A stretch of DNA of 64,000 bases, taken from the NCBI GenBank assembly GCA_016783505.1, contig JADHWK010000008.1, positions 627 through 64,626 of the forward strand, read 5' to 3'. This document shows positions 59,967 through 64,000 of the stretch, one piece after another (the first letter of the stretch is position 1; each line of letters opens with the position of its first letter). A program made the translations under genes and the position numbers. Below the pieces are notes generated by a model. The model saw only the letters and a program-made list of their open reading frames with translations, searched no databases and was not told the DNA's origin. The stretch comes from Candidatus Zhuqueibacterota bacterium (GTDB taxonomy: Bacteria; BS750m-G25).

Positions 59967-60746
59967 ATGTCCTTAGAAAAAACAGAGGGGGTGATCCTGC
60001 GCAGCATTCCCAAAGGGGAGACGAGCAAAATCCTAACGGTGTACACCCGGGACTTCGGCAAATTGGCGCTGATTGCCAAGGGGGCCAAGGGTCCTAAATC
60101 GAAGTTCGGGGGGATCCTGGAACCCTTAAGCCATCTGGCCATTGTTTTCTACATGAAAGATTCCCGGGAGGTGCAGCTTCTCTCCCAGGGGGACCTCCTT
60201 AATTTCTTTCCCGGTATTCGTCAGGATCTGGAGAAAACCTGGCCCGCCTTGGCAGTCTGTGATCTTCTTAATCGGCTGATGCCCCCCCGGTCTGGGGTGG
60301 GGAAAGAGAAAAGCAGGGCCTCATTCGGCCTTTTGCTAGACGTCTTAAGGGGAATTGATGGAGCAGACCGTAATCTGATAAACTTCTGGTGGTGGTTTCT
60401 GATAAAGCTGATAAAAATCCTGGGCTACCGATTGGAGTTAATCCGCTGCGTCCGTTGCAGGCAAGCGGTGGAAGGGACAATGGCAGTGCGGGTGGAAAAA
60501 GGGGGGGTCATCTGCCCCCGCTGCGATGATGAGCCGGGGCGGAGGACGGTGCTTACAGCCGGAAGCCTCCGGTTCTTAGTTAAACTTTCTGGCCTTTTGG
60601 GGCCCGCCGTCTCTACCCTGAACCCCTCCAAGGGGCAGGTCAAAGAAATAGACTTTTTTCTGGATCAATTTTTAAAATTCCATATTGAAAGCTTTCAAGG
60701 GCTTAAATCAATCAAGTTCTGGCGTGAAATGAGGGATAGGCCATGA
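59967..60746 (+). CDS. recO: DNA repair protein RecO
   Basis: 'GVILR...GETSKIL...G', 'AKGAK' and CVRC...CPRC zinc finger. Confidence 0.92.
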   Translation: MSLEKTEGVILRSIPKGETSKILTVYTRDFGKLALIAKGAKGPKSKFGGILEPLSHLAIVFYMKDSREVQLLSQGDLLNFFPGIRQDLEKTWPALAVCDLLNRLMPPRSGVGKEKSRASFGLLLDVLRGIDGADRNLINFWWWFLIKLIKILGYRLELIRCVRCRQAVEGTMAVRVEKGGVICPRCDDEPGRRTVLTAGSLRFLVKLSGLLGPAVSTLNPSKGQVKEIDFFLDQFLKFHIESFQGLKSIKFWREMRDRP

Positions 60747-62089
60747 ACACCACCAAGGAGAGGGAAATTTCCAAGATCAAGCTGGCCGCCGGCCGCGAGC
60801 GAATGGACAAGATCGTTTCACTGTGTAAGCGCCGGGGGCTAATCTATCCATCGAGCGAAATTTATGGGGGGCTGGGATCTTGCTGGGATTACGGCCCGCT
60901 GGGGGTGGCACTGAAGAACAACATACAGGACTTGTGGTGGAAGGAGATGACCCAGCTCCATGATAATATCGTCGGGCTGGATGCGGCCATCCTAATGCAC
61001 CCCAAGGTGTGGGAGGCCTCGGGTCATGTGGAGGGGTTTGTTGACCCAATGGTAGATTGTAAAAAATGCAAGTTCCGCTTCCGGGCCGATGAAATCGAAG
61101 GAACCGTCTGTCCGAAGTGTGGTGGGGAGCTCACCGACCCCCGGCAGTTCAATCTTATGTTCAAGACCTCCATGGGGCCGGTGGAAGATCGGTCATCGAT
61201 GGTCTACCTTCGTCCCGAGACCGCCCAGGGCATCTACGTAAACTACCTGAACGTAATGCAGTCCACCCGGCTGAAGATCCCCTTCGGCATCGCCCAGGTG
61301 GGAAAGGCCTTCCGGAATGAAATCACCCCCGGGAATTTTATATTCCGGACCCGGGAGTTTGAGCAGATGGAAATGCAGTTCTTCGTCAAACCGGGAGAGG
61401 ACGAAAAATGGCTGGAATACTGGCTTGAGGAACGTATGAATTTCTATCTCAAATTGGGTTTGAAAAAGGAAAAACTTCGGCTCTCCAGACACGACAAAAA
61501 GGAGCTGGCTCATTATGCCAAGACGGCCTATGACATCGAATATGAATTTCCCTTCGGCTGGAAGGAGCTGGAGGGTATCCATAACCGGACCGACTATGAC
61601 CTCTCCCGCCACATGAAATATTCGGGCAAGGACCTAACCTATTTCGATGAGGAAACGGGAAAGCGATATATTCCTTACATCATCGAGACCTCAGCTGGGC
61701 TGAACCGAACCCTGCTGACTTTGCTTGTGGATGCTTACGATGAGGAGGAGGTGGAGGGTGAGCGGCGGGTGATCCTGCACCTTTCCCCGGTGGTTGCCCC
61801 CATCAAGGTTTCCGTCCTGCCCTTGGTGAAAAAGGACGGCCTGCCCGACATCGCCAAAGAAATAGTGGCCAAGTTAAGATCCTACTTCATCGTCTTTTAT
61901 GATCAGCAGGGTTCCATCGGCAGGCGCTACCGCCGCCAGGACGAAGTGGGCACACCGTTCGGGATTACGGTGGACTACCAGACGAAGGAAGATAATACAG
62001 TCACCCTGCGCTACCGGGATACCTTGGTGCAGGATCGAGTACTAATCGATGATCTGGTGAATATTCTGCGGGAAAGGGTTGAAGCCTAA
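60743..62089 (+). CDS. glyQS: Glycine--tRNA ligase (homodimeric, class II)
   Basis: [29 protein letters not shown] and [15 protein letters not shown]. Confidence 0.96.
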   Translation: MNTTKEREISKIKLAAGRERMDKIVSLCKRRGLIYPSSEIYGGLGSCWDYGPLGVALKNNIQDLWWKEMTQLHDNIVGLDAAILMHPKVWEASGHVEGFVDPMVDCKKCKFRFRADEIEGTVCPKCGGELTDPRQFNLMFKTSMGPVEDRSSMVYLRPETAQGIYVNYLNVMQSTRLKIPFGIAQVGKAFRNEITPGNFIFRTREFEQMEMQFFVKPGEDEKWLEYWLEERMNFYLKLGLKKEKLRLSRHDKKELAHYAKTAYDIEYEFPFGWKELEGIHNRTDYDLSRHMKYSGKDLTYFDEETGKRYIPYIIETSAGLNRTLLTLLVDAYDEEEVEGERRVILHLSPVVAPIKVSVLPLVKKDGLPDIAKEIVAKLRSYFIVFYDQQGSIGRRYRRQDEVGTPFGITVDYQTKEDNTVTLRYRDTLVQDRVLIDDLVNILRERVEA

Positions 62090-62124
62090 CCGAACCAATT
62101 TTGAAATATAGATTAGGAGGTAAA

Positions 62125-63504
62125 ATGAAAGAGAATTACACGCTCGACCAATGGATTGAAATCGGGCAAGAAATGATGGCAGATCGAGAAAGACGGATCA
62201 AGATTGCTAAGACCCGTAAATTTGACACAATCGCAGTGCACGGAATTTATGACTTAAAGCAAGCGCTCGAACAAAATAGTGGTTCGATAATGGAACCGAC
62301 TTATTTAAGCACTGCGGAGGTATATTACAACAGCGCTCAAATGGAAGCCGGACTTTCCTATCAAATGCCAACATGGTGTTATTCTCGGATTGCTAACCCT
62401 TCCAATTATTTTTTAGAAGAAACAACAGCATTGTTAGAAACCTACGGCTCAGATCTGGAGGCTTCCTGCGTTGCCACTTCAAGTGGAATGAGTGCAATTC
62501 GAACGGCCACCGATCCATTTTTGGTCAAAGACGACTCACTGCCACCTATGAATTTTGTGGCATCGGCAAAAGTATACGGCGGTTCGTTCCAGCAATTCTC
62601 GGTGCGCCGTTATCAGGAACAGGGTATCGAAGTTCGCTGGGTAAAAAATCCCACCAACCTCGATGAGTGGATATCCAAGATTGATGGGGGTACACGATTC
62701 ATCTACGGTGAATTTCCCTCAAACCCATCTGTAGATATTTTTGACATTTCGGAGGTAGCAGATTTAGCGCATAGTCATGATATTCCGTTAATTGTTGACT
62801 CTACCTGTGCATCGCCGGCACTGACACGACCACTGGTATTTGGCGCGGACATTGTCATTCAATCTGCCACAAAAGTGATTGCCAACAGCGGAACAACGAT
62901 TGTCGGTTTACTGACTGCGAAGAAAAATATCACCAGTAAAGTAGGCTCTGATGATATGCGTGAAGATTTTGCGACCTGGGCAAAACTCTGGCCCTACAGG
63001 GACAATGGCCCATGTCTGCATCCGATGGGAGCAATCTTGACTCTCAACGATATGCGCACGCTCCGAATGCGAATGGCGCAGATGAGCATAGCAGCGTTAA
63101 AAGTGTCCGAATGGCTGGAAAATCATCCAAAGATCAATCGTGTCTATTACCCAGGGTTGGAAAGTTATCACGCGCATGAAATGGCAAAAAAATACATGAA
63201 ACTCGCCGATAGCGATGAGAATATGTACGGCTTCATGCTTTCAACAGATATCAAGGAAGCTAATGAAGGTGATTCGATCAATGCGCGGAAATTCTACGAT
63301 GCTTTACAGATGATATTTCGGGCAACGGATTTAGGACGAGTAAAAACTATTGCCACGCTTACAGCAATCTCAACCCATCAACAACAGGGCGAAGAAGGAC
63401 GTAGGCTCGCTTCGATTAAACCTAATGCAATACGCATTGCTGTCGGTATTGAACACGTTGATGATATCATCGCAGATTTAGAACAAGCACTGGATCAGGT
63501 GTAA
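62125..63504 (+). CDS. Cys/Met metabolism PLP enzyme (O-acetylhomoserine sulfhydrylase-like)
   Basis: YSRIANP, SSGMSA, VDST and SATK (PLP Lys); adjacent to homoserine dehydrogenase; GGAGG RBS. Confidence 0.82.
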   Translation: MKENYTLDQWIEIGQEMMADRERRIKIAKTRKFDTIAVHGIYDLKQALEQNSGSIMEPTYLSTAEVYYNSAQMEAGLSYQMPTWCYSRIANPSNYFLEETTALLETYGSDLEASCVATSSGMSAIRTATDPFLVKDDSLPPMNFVASAKVYGGSFQQFSVRRYQEQGIEVRWVKNPTNLDEWISKIDGGTRFIYGEFPSNPSVDIFDISEVADLAHSHDIPLIVDSTCASPALTRPLVFGADIVIQSATKVIANSGTTIVGLLTAKKNITSKVGSDDMREDFATWAKLWPYRDNGPCLHPMGAILTLNDMRTLRMRMAQMSIAALKVSEWLENHPKINRVYYPGLESYHAHEMAKKYMKLADSDENMYGFMLSTDIKEANEGDSINARKFYDALQMIFRATDLGRVKTIATLTAISTHQQQGEEGRRLASIKPNAIRIAVGIEHVDDIIADLEQALDQV

Positions 63505-63522
63505 TAAATTCCGGAGGAAGAA

Positions 63523-64000
63523 ATGAAACAAAAAATTGCACTTGCAGGGTTCGGTACGGTCGGTCAGGGGTTATGCGAAATCCTAAGCGATAAACAGGGC
63601 GAGCTGATAGAAAAATATGGTTACGACTTTGATGTAGTTGCCGTTAGCGATATAAGGTTTGGCACAGTATACAATCCTGATGGGCTGGATATACAAACAG
63701 TTCTTGATGGGGTAATAAATGATGGAAAATTTATCGGAAATCTCGTCAATTGGGATGCTGAAACGATGATACGCCAATCAAACGCAATGGTAGTCTGCGA
63801 ATTGACATTCACCAACTTGAAAGATGGCGAACCGGCGATAACGCATTGTAAAGCAGCATTCCAAACCGGCAAGCATGTAGTTACCAGCAACAAAGGTCCG
63901 GCTGCACTTGCCTACCGCGATATGGCAGGGATGGCCGAAAAAAACGGTGTCAAATTTTTGATCGAGGGTACAGTGATGAGCGGCACGCCGGTACTCAATC
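63523..64000 (+). CDS. hom: Homoserine dehydrogenase (3'-truncated by the window end; absent from the ORF track)
   Basis: ATG63523 reads MKQKIALAGFGTVGQG...KHVVTSNKGP...EGTVMSGTPVLN. Confidence 0.92.
   Translation, partial: MKQKIALAGFGTVGQGLCEILSDKQGELIEKYGYDFDVVAVSDIRFGTVYNPDGLDIQTVLDGVINDGKFIGNLVNWDAETMIRQSNAMVVCELTFTNLKDGEPAITHCKAAFQTGKHVVTSNKGPAALAYRDMAGMAEKNGVKFLIEGTVMSGTPVLN

Noticed and set aside
1-64000. CRISPR array, rRNA, transposase or integrase
   Set aside because: No regularly spaced repeat-spacer array, rRNA-like sequence, or DDE/tyrosine-recombinase/HUH ORF was seen.

Overview
64 kb chromosomal segment of a bacterium. An uncultured FCB-group lineage (KSB1/Calditrichota/Marinimicrobia/Zixibacteria-like) is inferred from the many NYPNPFNP...T9SS/FlgD-type C-terminal domains and the homodimeric-type GlyRS; this is not proven. 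The GC-rich backbone carries peptidases (M24, M29, an M16 pair), an OPT transporter, an RsbV plus RsbU-RsbW partner-switch pair, coaD, a tRNA cluster with tadA, holB-ricT-metG-tatD-rsmA-mgtE-recO-glyQS and metY-like/hom. AT-rich accessory DNA interrupts it, mainly an about 18 kb all-minus-strand island (26.2-44.2 kb). Main observations: (1) a secreted redoxin the ORF track splits in two, actually one 601-aa selenoprotein (W-U-G-G-C, SECIS-like hairpin) with a C-terminal sorting domain; (2) two degenerate tRNA-Glu copies whose anticodon arm is replaced by an 18-bp palindrome that recurs across the window; (3) scattered integron-type attC sites and solitary cassettes without an integrase in the window, two carrying TIR-like or HEPN-like genes each broken by a single ochre codon; (4) a six-copy terminator(+promoter) module and five DNA-similar CTD tails that appear to organise the island. 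All product calls come from motif recognition only; no database searches were run.
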